This document shows positions 18,818 through 28,827 of a DNA stretch of 64,000 nucleotides, one piece after another (the first letter of the stretch is position 1; each line of letters begins with the position of its first letter). The translations under genes and the position numbers were made by a program. The stretch is from the NCBI GenBank assembly GCA_964394475.1, contig CAYMXZ010000001.1:4480-68479 (forward strand), read 5' to 3'. Origin of the DNA: an uncultured Caldithrix sp. (GTDB lineage: Bacteria > Calditrichota > Calditrichia > RBG-13-44-9). Under the pieces are notes generated by a model. That model saw nothing but the letters and a program-made list of their open reading frames with translations, searched no databases and had not been told where the DNA came from.

Positions 18818-20074
18818 ATGTCGAAGAAACGAATTTTAATTCTGGCCATTGCTCTGGGAGTCATCATTGTTGTGCTGGTTGCTATTCTTTCTCGCAATGG
18901 GGGTGTGAAACCAATAAGTGTGCAGACCGCTAAAGTGTATCACCAAAAAATTGTGGAAACAGTGACGGCCACGGGTCGTATTCAACCGCAAACGCAGGTA
19001 AAAATAAGCGCCGATGTAGCGGCGAAAATTATTCAATTGGGAGTAAAGGAAGGGGATTGGGTGGAGAAAGGGCAATTTTTAGTTCAGCTGGATAGAGAGC
19101 GATTTCTGGCGGCGGTGCAGCGTGCCGAGGCAAATGTTCGTTCTGCCGAAGCCGATGCGAAACTGGCCAAAGAAAATTTATTAAAAGTGGAAAAAGATTA
19201 CCAGCGCAGCAAAGAACTATTCCAGCGCCAATTAGAATCGCAAGCGGTGCATGATCAGGCCTATGCGGCGTATCAGGTGGAAAAAGCCCGCTATCAATCT
19301 GCACTGGAGATGGTTGAACAGGCGCGCGCCACCTTGAAGCAAGCACAGGACGATCTCTCGAAAACCACCATTTACGCCCCAATGGCCGGCACCATCAGCA
19401 CATTGAATAAAGAAGTGGGGGAAATTGCTTTGGGATCTCAATTTCAGGAAGATGTGATTCTGATTGTGTCGGATCTGAATGGCATGGAAGCCCAGGTTGA
19501 CGTGGATGAAAATGATATCGTTAATGTCGCTATCGGAGATAGTGCAACCATTGAAGTTGATGCTCTGCCAGATAAAATTTTTAAAGGAACTGTTACTGAA
19601 ATCGCCAGCAGTGCCAAAATTTCCGGACAGGGTTCGGCTGACCAGAAAACGGATTTTGAAGTAAAAATTCATGTACTGGATGCGGGAGATTTGTTGCGGC
19701 CAGGAATGACCGCCAGCAGTGATATTATCACTGATATCCGTGACAGCGCTTTGGCCGTTCCCATTCAGTGTGTGGCAGTTCGCACACCTGATCAACTTAA
19801 ACCACTGCAGCCCGCTGTCAAAACCAACGAAGCAATGGCCGATGATTCCTCTCTTCAAAATTATGTCCCGGGCAAAGATGGTTTTGTGGAAGTGGTATTT
19901 GTGGTGAAAAATAAAATGGTCGAAGCCCGGCAGGTAAAAACTGGTATTCAAAGCGATACCCACATTGAAATTATAGAAGGTCTGAACCTGGATGATGAAA
20001 TCGTAATTGGCAATTATCGGGCGATCAGTCAAGATCTCCGCAATGGCTCCATCGTGACTTACGCTCAAAAATAA
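18818..20074 (+). CDS. HlyD/MacA-family periplasmic adaptor (membrane fusion protein)
   Basis: An N-terminal TM anchor (MSKKRILILAIALGVIIVVLVAIL) is followed by a biotinyl/lipoyl-like region and a long coiled-coil hairpin (..RAEANVRSAEADAKLAKENLLKVEKDYQRSKELFQ..). A beta-barrel and membrane-proximal domains follow. The track ORF starts at 18773; the Met at 18818 precedes the TM segment. Confidence 0.8.
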   Translation: MSKKRILILAIALGVIIVVLVAILSRNGGVKPISVQTAKVYHQKIVETVTATGRIQPQTQVKISADVAAKIIQLGVKEGDWVEKGQFLVQLDRERFLAAVQRAEANVRSAEADAKLAKENLLKVEKDYQRSKELFQRQLESQAVHDQAYAAYQVEKARYQSALEMVEQARATLKQAQDDLSKTTIYAPMAGTISTLNKEVGEIALGSQFQEDVILIVSDLNGMEAQVDVDENDIVNVAIGDSATIEVDALPDKIFKGTVTEIASSAKISGQGSADQKTDFEVKIHVLDAGDLLRPGMTASSDIITDIRDSALAVPIQCVAVRTPDQLKPLQPAVKTNEAMADDSSLQNYVPGKDGFVEVVFVVKNKMVEARQVKTGIQSDTHIEIIEGLNLDDEIVIGNYRAISQDLRNGSIVTYAQK

Positions 20075-20122
20075 AGATGACAATGATGAAATGAATGAAA
20101 CAGGAAGGAAAGGGGAAGAAGC

Positions 20123-20818
20123 ATGTCGCTTAGAATAGTAGATGTGATCAAAACTTATAAAATGGGTAATGAAATTATTGCCGCTCTGCAGGGAGTTTCT
20201 TTAGAGGTAGGGGAAAATGAGTATCTGGCTATTATGGGACCATCGGGTTCTGGTAAATCGACTATGATGAACATTTTAGGTTGTCTGGATAAACCCACCA
20301 GCGGGAATTACTTCTTAGGGGAACAGGATGTGAGCAAAATGAACGATGATCAGTTGGCCGATATTCGGAATCAAAAAATTGGTTTTGTATTTCAAACCTT
20401 TAATTTACTTCCTCGCGCCGATGTATTTCACAATGTCGAACTGCCTATGATATACAGTGGAATATCGGCTTCCAGACGCCGTCGGCTGGCAGAAGAAGCG
20501 ATTGAGAAAGTCGGATTGGCTGATCGGATGAAACATAAACCGAGCGAGTTATCCGGGGGACAGCGACAAAGGGTAGCCATTGCCCGAGCGCTGGTGAATA
20601 ACCCCTCTATTATTCTGGCCGATGAACCAACCGGCAATTTGGATTCGGCCACCGGTAAGGAAATTATGAGCATTTTCGACCAGCTTCATCGAGCGGGTAA
20701 TACCATCATTCTGGTCACTCATGAAAATGATATCGCCATGTATGCCCATCGGATTGTTCGTCTGAAGGATGGAATGATTGAAAGTGACTCGTCAAATCAT
20801 AAACATTATGCCGCCTGA
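20123..20818 (+). CDS. ABC transporter ATP-binding protein (MacB-type ATPase)
   Basis: Walker A is [15 protein letters not shown]. The ABC signature is [14 protein letters not shown]. Walker B is ILADEPT. The protein is 231 aa. Confidence 0.9.
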   Translation: MSLRIVDVIKTYKMGNEIIAALQGVSLEVGENEYLAIMGPSGSGKSTMMNILGCLDKPTSGNYFLGEQDVSKMNDDQLADIRNQKIGFVFQTFNLLPRADVFHNVELPMIYSGISASRRRRLAEEAIEKVGLADRMKHKPSELSGGQRQRVAIARALVNNPSIILADEPTGNLDSATGKEIMSIFDQLHRAGNTIILVTHENDIAMYAHRIVRLKDGMIESDSSNHKHYAA

Positions 20819-20839
20819 GAAAAAATCTGATGAACCGTT

Positions 20840-22075
20840 ATGAAATCATTTTATGAATTAGGAGAATCGTTTCGAATCGCTTATGGAGCCATACGAGCGA
20901 ATAAAGTGAGAGGAATTCTGACTACTTTGGGAATTATCATAGGGATCGTCGCCGTGGTGACGACAATGACTGCGGCGAATGGATTGGGAAATCGTTTTAA
21001 GGAAAGTCTTTCGGCTATTGGATCGGATGTCTTGTTTGTCTCGCGCACTCCCTGGGTTTTTACCGGTAACTTTTTTGAATTTCGCAACCGGAAAAATTTA
21101 GTCCTGAAAGACAGTGAAAAGTTGGAAAAACAACTTCCCACCGCCCGGGCCATTGATCCTCGCTCCTATACCAACCAGAATGTAAAATACCATTCCAAAC
21201 AACTAGAAAATATTGCCATTATTGGAGCTACGGATAATTATCTGTTCGTTTCCACCTCCGTTCCAGCCATTGGACGTTTTATACTTTCCAATGATGTTCA
21301 GTATAAAAAGAAAGTGTGTATCATCGGCAATGAAATCAAGGACCAGTTGTTTAAGGATCTCGACCCGATCAATAAGAAAATTAAGATTGGCAGGCATATT
21401 TTCCTGGTAGCAGGAGTCATGGAGAAACAGGGCAGTGCTAGCTTTTTCGGCGGCCCAAATTTCGACCGGCAAATCATTATTCCCATCACCACTTTAATCA
21501 AATGTTTCGGCGGCACAAACCGACCCTTCGATATTGTAGTAAAAGCACCCAGTGCCGAAGAAATGAGTGATTTTGAATATGCCCTGATTGGAGAAATGAG
21601 AAAGATTCGAAAACTGAAACCCAGTGAAAAAGAGGATTTCTCAATCAATAAATTAGACACCCTGATGACTGCCTATAATAATGTCATGGGTGTAGTCGTG
21701 CTGATCGGGTTGATCATTACCGGTATATCTCTTTTTGTCGGAGGAATCGGAGTGATGAATATCATGTTTGTATCCGTCACCGAGAGAACCCGTGAAATTG
21801 GAATTCGTAAGGCCATCGGTGCTACGAGAAGGACTATTCTTACTCAATTTCTTTTCGAATCATCCTCCATCTGTCTATTAGGTGGATTCATTGGTTTGCT
21901 CTTAGCCGTCGGAATTACCAAACTAATCAATGCCTTTCTTCTGCCTGCCAGTATATCCCTGCATATTGTGATTGTGGCATTACTGATTTCTGTCCTGGTA
22001 GGTATTTTATCCGGTGTTATTCCGGCTTATCGGGCATCGCGCCTGAATCCAATAGAAGCCTTGCGATATGAATAA
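20840..22075 (+). CDS. ABC transporter permease, MacB/FtsX type
   Basis: The 411-aa protein has an N-terminal TM helix, a periplasmic domain and a C-terminal FtsX domain (..GIGVMNIMFVSVTERTREIGIRKAIGA..). Confidence 0.8.
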   Translation: MKSFYELGESFRIAYGAIRANKVRGILTTLGIIIGIVAVVTTMTAANGLGNRFKESLSAIGSDVLFVSRTPWVFTGNFFEFRNRKNLVLKDSEKLEKQLPTARAIDPRSYTNQNVKYHSKQLENIAIIGATDNYLFVSTSVPAIGRFILSNDVQYKKKVCIIGNEIKDQLFKDLDPINKKIKIGRHIFLVAGVMEKQGSASFFGGPNFDRQIIIPITTLIKCFGGTNRPFDIVVKAPSAEEMSDFEYALIGEMRKIRKLKPSEKEDFSINKLDTLMTAYNNVMGVVVLIGLIITGISLFVGGIGVMNIMFVSVTERTREIGIRKAIGATRRTILTQFLFESSSICLLGGFIGLLLAVGITKLINAFLLPASISLHIVIVALLISVLVGILSGVIPAYRASRLNPIEALRYE

Positions 22076-22097
22076 GATCAAATGAGAGAAGGAAATT

Positions 22098-23345
22098 ATG
22101 GGATTCATTGAAGCTTTTAAGATGGCGCGCACTGCGATTACCACTCATAAGTTGCGATCGTTTCTGACCCTGATCGGTATCATTGCCGGGGTAGCCTCTA
22201 TCATTGCGGTTATGACCGGAATTTCGGTCATCCAATCGACTATCGAATCGGAATTGAGTGTGCTGGGAACAACGACCTTTCAGGTACAAAAGTGGGCGGC
22301 AGGTGGTCCGCTGAGTGAAGAAGAAGCCAGGAAAATTCAGCGTCGTCGCCCCCTGACCACTGCACATGCCGACGCCATTCGCAGCAAAGTGAAATCGGTG
22401 GATCTGGTTGGCTCTGAACTGTGGAGCTTTGGACATCTGGCAAGCTATAAAGATCTTAAAACCAATTCCAATCTCACACTTTGTGGCGGTACCCCAGAAT
22501 ATGCACCGAATAATACCCATTATATTCAACTCGGTCGTAACATTACCCAGGAGGACATAAAGGTAGGACGAAATGTGGCGGTAATCGGAGCAGCGGTTGC
22601 CGATCGGCTCTTTCCCTGGACCGATCCCATTCAAAAAATTATAAAAATAGATGGACGCAAATTCACAGTGGTGGGAGTGTTTGAATCAAAAAAATCGGCG
22701 CTGGGTGGAAATTATGATAATTATTTGTTAATACCAATCAACACCTTTAAGCGTTATTACGGAGAGCGTGATCCCCGAGGTTTTGACCGCTCAGTAAATA
22801 TCACGGTGAATGCCCGATCTCCGGAATTGGTGCAGGACGCCATTGCCGAAGTCCGTGCGGTGATGCGCTTTGAGCGGAATCTCAAACCGGATCAGGAAGA
22901 TGATTTTACGATTTTTACCAATGATAGCCAGATAAAAGTTTTTAATGAAACCACATCCGGAATAAAAACCGCTGCTTTTGTCATTGGGATTGTCGCTCTG
23001 ATTGTGGCTGGAATTGGGATTATGAATATTATGCTGGTATCGGTCACAGAACGTACCAAAGAAATAGGTATTCGGAAATCACTGGGAGCAAAGCGCAAAA
23101 ATATTTTAATCCAGTTCCTATTAGAAGCAATTATTCTATGTAACATCGGTGGTACAATTGGTGTCCTGGTTGGTTTTGGTTTGGGTAATCTTGTCTCAGT
23201 TTTTACCGGCTTTCAGGTAACTGTGCCATTGCCCTGGGCAGTTATCGGATTGCTTTTCTGTACAGCGGTTGGCTTAACTTTTGGTATGTGGCCAGCCATG
23301 GTGGCCTCTAAAATGGATCCGGTGGAAGCGCTACGATTTGAATAA
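22098..23345 (+). CDS. ABC transporter permease, MacB/FtsX type (second paralogue)
   Basis: The 415-aa protein has the same architecture (..GIGIMNIMLVSVTERTKEIGIRKSLGA..). Confidence 0.8.
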   Translation: MGFIEAFKMARTAITTHKLRSFLTLIGIIAGVASIIAVMTGISVIQSTIESELSVLGTTTFQVQKWAAGGPLSEEEARKIQRRRPLTTAHADAIRSKVKSVDLVGSELWSFGHLASYKDLKTNSNLTLCGGTPEYAPNNTHYIQLGRNITQEDIKVGRNVAVIGAAVADRLFPWTDPIQKIIKIDGRKFTVVGVFESKKSALGGNYDNYLLIPINTFKRYYGERDPRGFDRSVNITVNARSPELVQDAIAEVRAVMRFERNLKPDQEDDFTIFTNDSQIKVFNETTSGIKTAAFVIGIVALIVAGIGIMNIMLVSVTERTKEIGIRKSLGAKRKNILIQFLLEAIILCNIGGTIGVLVGFGLGNLVSVFTGFQVTVPLPWAVIGLLFCTAVGLTFGMWPAMVASKMDPVEALRFE

Positions 23346-23504
23346 AACGAAGCCATAACAATGAAATAAATCGGTTCAGAAAATATCTTCCAGTTACTGT
23401 TTCGCAACGAATAATTTCCCTTTCATCAGTAAAATTCCTTCCGGTGGTATAAAAATCAAAAAATTTGGGGAACATATTTTTATTTTCAGGTATTACTTCC
23501 TATA

Positions 23505-24176
23505 TTGAGATTTAAAATAGTAGCGCGAAGTATGATTAAGAAAAGTCCTTTAATCCCTGATTTTCAGACTGCTGTTAAACAGGTGCAATCGAAACTACAA
23601 AATTATCAGCCGCACAGGATTCATCATGAAGGGGTGAAAAGATCGGCAGTGATGATTTTATTTATCAATAAACAATCCGTTCCTCATATCATCTTTACCC
23701 GGCGGACTGAATGGGTTGAGAATCATAAAGGGCAAATTTCTTTTCCCGGTGGAATGCAAGATGAGAACGATGTTGACTTACGATATACTGCCCGGCGAGA
23801 AACCTTTGAAGAAATTGGGATACGTCCGGAACAGATCAACATCCTGGGCCAATTGGATGATTTTTTTACGGTTACCAATTTCATTGTTACCCCTTTTGCC
23901 GGTTATGTGACTAATGATTTCGCTTATCAAATTAATGAACGGGAAGTGGCTAAAGTTCTGGAAGTGCCTCTGGAAGTTTTTCTGCGTTCCGATAAATTCG
24001 AAGTGAAGAAGTGGCCTTATAAAAATCAAATCTATGATGTGTTTTTCTATTATTATGAGCAGGAAGTAATTTGGGGAGTTACGGCTTTTATTTTGAATCG
24101 TTTTATTGATTTAGTTTTTCATTATAATCCAGCCCCGACCTCGCTCACTTTAGATACTCGGCAGGTAAAAATTTAA
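23505..24176 (+). CDS. NUDIX hydrolase, CoA-pyrophosphatase (NudL) type
   Basis: The Nudix box is GGMQDENDVDLRYTARRETFEEIGI. It is preceded by IFTRRTEWVENHKGQISFPGG, which matches the CoA-pyrophosphatase-specific upstream motif (LLT.R......G.v.FPGG). Confidence 0.75.
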   Translation: MRFKIVARSMIKKSPLIPDFQTAVKQVQSKLQNYQPHRIHHEGVKRSAVMILFINKQSVPHIIFTRRTEWVENHKGQISFPGGMQDENDVDLRYTARRETFEEIGIRPEQINILGQLDDFFTVTNFIVTPFAGYVTNDFAYQINEREVAKVLEVPLEVFLRSDKFEVKKWPYKNQIYDVFFYYYEQEVIWGVTAFILNRFIDLVFHYNPAPTSLTLDTRQVKI

Positions 24177-24522
24177 TAATTCAATACGCCATTCAATAGT
24201 CATCTGCTGCTCCTGTGGAGCGTAATATGTTTAATAGGAGTGCCGAGCGATGGATCGCTCGCCTCTGGGCGGCTCTGCCTAAAAATTCTTTATGGCTTTC
24301 CAGAAAAGTGAAGTAAAAAATATTATTTTAGATGAGAGTGGTTCGTACTATCCTCTCGTTTTCATTGGAAATCAAAATCCATTGTATTTTTGATTTGATG
24401 TAATATCCTCACCCATTAATGTCTCAATAAATATCTTCTTGCTAATTGACTATTTCAAATTTACTGTGTATTATTAGCACCATGAATGGATAAACAAGCA
24501 TGCCGCTAAAAGGAAGGAAGCT

Positions 24523-26223
24523 ATGAGCTGGTATCTTTATTTGATTTTGGCCTATTTGCTGATTCTGATGGGATTCAATTTTTATCGATCTTTTAAAGTA
24601 AAAACTCAGGATGAAATGATGGTGGCGGGTCGCTCTTTGAGTGTCCGAGTGATGGTGTTTACTCTGATCTGCACCTGGATTGGATCGGGTACCTTCATTG
24701 CTGGAGCCGAATACGCCGTGAAAGCCGGTTGGTCCAGTCTGTGGTTTCCCGCCGGCGCCTGGGTGGGAATTGTTCTGATTTATTTTCTGGCTGAAAAAAT
24801 TCGCACCTTTGGTAAGTATACCATTGGAGATATTTTGGAAGTTCGATATGGTAAATTTGCACGATTGTTTGGCGCTTTGGCCTTAATTGTCAGTTTTACT
24901 GCCATCGTCAGTTATCAATTTCGGGCGGGAGGCTACATCCTTAATGTGGTGAGCAACGGGTCTATTAGTGTGGAGCTTGGACAGACTATTACCGCCGCCT
25001 TTGTTATTTTATTTACGGCTGCCGCGGGAATGGTAGCGGTAGCGTATACTGATCTGCCCAATGGCATTATTATTTTATCGGCTTCTGTCTTAGCCGCCCC
25101 GGTGATGTATTTTCTGGCGGGTGGGTGGGAAAATTCTGTGCAAGTGTTGCCTTCTGAGCACTTTGCGGTTTTTAATAAAGATTTTGGGGCGCAACCATTG
25201 CTCAAAGCTGGAGGTTATTTTCTGGCAACTATGTTTTTACTGCTCGGCGTGCAAAGCATGTATCAAAAATTTTATAGCGCTAAAACTCCCCGAGATGCCC
25301 GGCAAGCAGTCGCGATATGGGTATTCGGAACGGTGATTGTTGAAACGGTTGTTATCGTTATTGCTATTTTCGCTGCTACCTATTATTGGGAACCTATTAA
25401 AGAGTTTGAAATTCTAACCCGGGTGAAAAATCAGCTGGCTCGTCAGGAGATTTCCATTGAACAGGTGCAACCTACTTTACAGAATTTGATCGATCAGGAA
25501 TTCAAGAATGGAAATATCAAGGATTTTCAGAAAGAGATAATTGAGAACGATCTAATTTTAGAACAAAAATTTGATCGCCCAGAACGCATTGATGAGGTGA
25601 TTAATCAGAAAACCATTGATCCAGCTTCCATTGTCCTGCAAGCCGCCCAGACCATTGCGAATCGAGGAGGGATTTTACTTATCATTGGATTACTGTTGTT
25701 AGCCGCCGCCGTCGCAGTGGTTATTTCTACCGGGATGAATTATCTTCTGTCCCCCACAACGAACATGATGCGGGATATTTATCAGCGCTTCCTTAATCCA
25801 TCCGCCAGTCAGAAATCCATGGTGGCGATTCAAAAAGTACTGATTATTATTCTGGGACTGGCCGCTTTTTATATTGCCACCAATTTGCAATCCGTTTTGG
25901 AAATGAGTTATTTTGCTTATACTATTTACGGGGTTTCCATTACGCCGGCCCTGCTGGCCGCCCTAGCCTGGAAGAGAGCCTCTCGCCTGGGTGGCTTGGT
26001 ATCGATTATCGGTGGAGCAGTAATTACCATATTCCTGAAAATGGCTGGTTATATCTGGCCATCGATTATGGTTCCGGCTGGTGATCCCAATGGCGATCCC
26101 TGGGGAATTCCCTTGATTTATCCGGCGCTGTTTTTTTCAATTCTCAGCTTAATTGTGGTTAGCTATCTGAGCAAAGCTCCGACACCTGAGGAACTTAAAG
26201 AACTGTTTCCAGAAAAAAAATAG
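24523..26223 (+). CDS. Sodium:solute symporter (SSS) family transporter with a ~100-aa cytoplasmic coiled-coil insertion
   Basis: The 566-aa protein has about 13 predicted TM helices. Its N-terminus ..YRSFKVKTQDEMMVAGRSLS.. fits the SSS family (PutP/PanF-like). A hydrophilic insert (..ILTRVKNQLARQEISIEQVQ...) sits between TM blocks. Confidence 0.75.
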   Translation: MSWYLYLILAYLLILMGFNFYRSFKVKTQDEMMVAGRSLSVRVMVFTLICTWIGSGTFIAGAEYAVKAGWSSLWFPAGAWVGIVLIYFLAEKIRTFGKYTIGDILEVRYGKFARLFGALALIVSFTAIVSYQFRAGGYILNVVSNGSISVELGQTITAAFVILFTAAAGMVAVAYTDLPNGIIILSASVLAAPVMYFLAGGWENSVQVLPSEHFAVFNKDFGAQPLLKAGGYFLATMFLLLGVQSMYQKFYSAKTPRDARQAVAIWVFGTVIVETVVIVIAIFAATYYWEPIKEFEILTRVKNQLARQEISIEQVQPTLQNLIDQEFKNGNIKDFQKEIIENDLILEQKFDRPERIDEVINQKTIDPASIVLQAAQTIANRGGILLIIGLLLLAAAVAVVISTGMNYLLSPTTNMMRDIYQRFLNPSASQKSMVAIQKVLIIILGLAAFYIATNLQSVLEMSYFAYTIYGVSITPALLAALAWKRASRLGGLVSIIGGAVITIFLKMAGYIWPSIMVPAGDPNGDPWGIPLIYPALFFSILSLIVVSYLSKAPTPEELKELFPEKK

Positions 26224-26426
26224 GAAGCTTTATTTTTTTTTAAAAAAAATCTGACATGTATTTCAATCTGAGCATTTTTTATGTAAATTTTGATGGTTTC
26301 TATCTCATATGATGGATGTGGTGGGTTAATTAGTCTTCGGTTGTGGACATCTGGAAAGCCAAACAGTCATAGAAATCTGGAGAAGCATCAACAAAGGCTT
26401 TTAGAAATTTTCAGGCAGGGAAAAAG

Positions 26427-27491
26427 ATGAATCAGTTAGGGATAACACCGTTAGACAGCCTTCTTAATTTTACTCAATTACACTTACTCGTTTTAACTCC
26501 TCAATGGAAACTTCTTGGCCTTTACCCCAATCATCGAAGCTTTTTAGGGTGGGATAAAAGTGACCTGGACTCCTTCCAATTTGAAGAAAATTTCCTGAAA
26601 CCCAATCAACTGGATCTCCCCGGCTTTTTAGCGAATTTTCAACAAAAGAATCATCTGGTAAAAAGTTTTTACTGGCGCAGTGCAGACCAGCACATCAGCG
26701 GGCCTTTTGAAACTTATTTCCGCCTGAAAAAGCAGGAGAGTCACCTGCAGATGATAATGGCTTTCGTTAAAGTACAAGGTCGCCTGAATACGATCGAGAT
26801 CTTACCAGAGCAAAAACATCAGTTATTTATCGCTCAACCCCTGGCAGGTTTACTTCATAATCTGTTTGATCCTTTAAATACGGTTGCAGGACGTTTGGAA
26901 GCGCTGAGAAACAAAAATTCTGAGATCAAGGAATTGGACGAAATCCTGAAAATGACCTACCATTTGCAGTCTACCCTGAAAATTCTCGGCGAGAAATTGA
27001 ATCGTGAACAATATCCCTACCCGGTTGAGATTGATTTGAATCTGTTCCTGCGTGATGAATTACAATACCTGCTCTCTGATCCATTTTTTAAGCATCAGGT
27101 GAAGCGAATGATAAAATATGTGAAAGATGCTAAAAAATATATGGGATCATATTCCTCACTCAGTGGAATTTTCAGTGAATTTTATTATTTCATTCGTCGT
27201 TTTGTGATTGATGATCAGGAATATCAACTGCAGGCAGAAGTTTTCCGGGAAGGCGAGAAAAGCGGTTTTTATTTGAATTTTTTAGGAGATTTCCGGGTGC
27301 CTTCCGACTTGAACCTCCGCTTTCCTTTTGAAATAGAAGGTTTTGCCCCTCAGATTGCACAACAAAAAATTCCTGGCCTGGATATTCCTTTTCTGGTTCA
27401 TTGTCTGCAAAAAAATGCCGGCTATCTGGAAATGGCCGGGAAAAAGGAAATGATGAAAATGCGGTTACTTCTCTCCCATAACCAAAAATGA
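26427..27491 (+). CDS. Hypothetical protein with a HisKA-like dimerisation motif (possible degenerate histidine kinase)
   Basis: ..PLAGLLHNLFDPLNTVAGRLEAL.. resembles the H-box of HisKA domains. The N/G1/G2 ATPase boxes are not evident. The protein is 354 aa. Confidence 0.35.
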   Translation: MNQLGITPLDSLLNFTQLHLLVLTPQWKLLGLYPNHRSFLGWDKSDLDSFQFEENFLKPNQLDLPGFLANFQQKNHLVKSFYWRSADQHISGPFETYFRLKKQESHLQMIMAFVKVQGRLNTIEILPEQKHQLFIAQPLAGLLHNLFDPLNTVAGRLEALRNKNSEIKELDEILKMTYHLQSTLKILGEKLNREQYPYPVEIDLNLFLRDELQYLLSDPFFKHQVKRMIKYVKDAKKYMGSYSSLSGIFSEFYYFIRRFVIDDQEYQLQAEVFREGEKSGFYLNFLGDFRVPSDLNLRFPFEIEGFAPQIAQQKIPGLDIPFLVHCLQKNAGYLEMAGKKEMMKMRLLLSHNQK

Positions 27492-28718
27492 CGACGTCGA
27501 TGTCATCATTTTCTGCTTGATTTTCTTCCCCTTCAACAAATGCTCTCTTCCTGTAATCATCAGAATAGCAAAAGGAATAACAGGCAGTAAATATTTCTCC
27601 CAATTGTTGTAGGAAAATGCCATGATGAACAGGAAAAATAGTGTGGCCAGTTCGGCGAAGAACACCGGTCCAGCAGACCGAGAGCGAATCTGTTTAGAAA
27701 GGCTGATCAGCAGGTTGATGAAGAGGGGCAAAGCGAATAAAAATGTGAGATAGAAAACCAGATGTTCTGCACTCTCGCCAACTACCCGGCGAACAAGACG
27801 ATGAAATAATCCGGAAGTATAGACTTTGAATTGGGAGACAGATTCAGAGGATTTTATAGGAAAAAGAAAGTATGTCCATGAAAAAATAAAGGAAACGACA
27901 TTTATTTTTGAATGAATATAAATTTTTCTCCAATACCAGAGAATAAGCGGTGAGAGATAAACGAACAGCGAGCACAGGTAAAACACGATGTATTCAGTAT
28001 GGAAATAAAATCCGTTGTTGAGATAATATTTTTTCAATTCATTATTCGGACTCAATCCCTGCCACAGTAAGAATAACATCAGCAATGGAATGTGGGCCAT
28101 ACACAACGCGACCACCATTTTTAAATAGCCTTTTTCTTTAGAAATATACACTCCCCATAAGAAGTAAAAGAATGCTGCTAAACTCCAGAAGAGAAGATAC
28201 TGCCGGCATAAAAGACCGCCTGCCAGTGAAATGGCAAACAAAGTGGCTTTTCGGTCGTGAAAAGAAATGAGACTGATGGCGATAAAAAACATCGCCAACA
28301 TATCGGTATAGATAAAAACAGTCAGGCCAATCATATAGGGTTGTAAAATCATAAAAGCAGTGAGGAGTAAGGCGGTTGATGTGTCCTGATACCAGCGATG
28401 AAAAAACTGGTAAAAGGCCAGAAAAGTAAAAAATGCAATGATCAAAGACAAAAGTCGCAATCGTGCTAATTCAAATCCAACTATTTTTCCCCATAGTCCA
28501 TAAATTAAAAAGGGCAGAGGGGTGGACATTTCATTATACTGGGTTAAGGTCTGCAGATTTAAATTTTCAATAAGATAGGTGCTGGTTTTGATGTAATGAC
28601 CTTCATCGTGCCAGACAGGCTGACGGCGGGCCACTGTAAAATAGAGAATGGTTTCATACACCAAAAGAAATGTAATAAGCAGAAGGAGAGATGTTTTGAA
28701 AGAAGATAGAATCTTCAT
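27465..28718 (-). CDS. Polytopic membrane protein, GT-C-fold glycosyltransferase-like (ArnT/PMT family 39/83-like)
   Basis: The 417-aa protein has at least 10 TM helices. The N-terminal loop carries ..VWHDEGHYIKTSTY.. (a DE..Y-type motif of GT-C transferases). Confidence 0.45.
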   Translation of the reverse strand: MKILSSFKTSLLLLITFLLVYETILYFTVARRQPVWHDEGHYIKTSTYLIENLNLQTLTQYNEMSTPLPFLIYGLWGKIVGFELARLRLLSLIIAFFTFLAFYQFFHRWYQDTSTALLLTAFMILQPYMIGLTVFIYTDMLAMFFIAISLISFHDRKATLFAISLAGGLLCRQYLLFWSLAAFFYFLWGVYISKEKGYLKMVVALCMAHIPLLMLFLLWQGLSPNNELKKYYLNNGFYFHTEYIVFYLCSLFVYLSPLILWYWRKIYIHSKINVVSFIFSWTYFLFPIKSSESVSQFKVYTSGLFHRLVRRVVGESAEHLVFYLTFLFALPLFINLLISLSKQIRSRSAGPVFFAELATLFFLFIMAFSYNNWEKYLLPVIPFAILMITGREHLLKGKKIKQKMMTSTSSFLVMGEK

Positions 28719-28827
28719 TTTGAAGGATGTGAAGTTAAAAAATGTATTTCATGGTTTTTCAGAGCGATAGATGATGCAAAGATATTCAATCAACAATAAT
28801 CGGTAATCTGACTGATCCTGCTTTTCA

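Noticed and set aside
19232-20083. 283-aa minus-strand ORF
   Set aside because: It is entirely antisense to the well-supported HlyD/MacA adaptor gene. It has low complexity and no motifs.
22017-22634. 205-aa minus-strand ORF
   Set aside because: It is antisense to the ABC permease genes and has no domain signal.
26224-26260. T9/A8 run after the SSS transporter as a terminator
   Set aside because: This is a pure A/T palindrome with no G/C stem, so it is not a credible intrinsic terminator.
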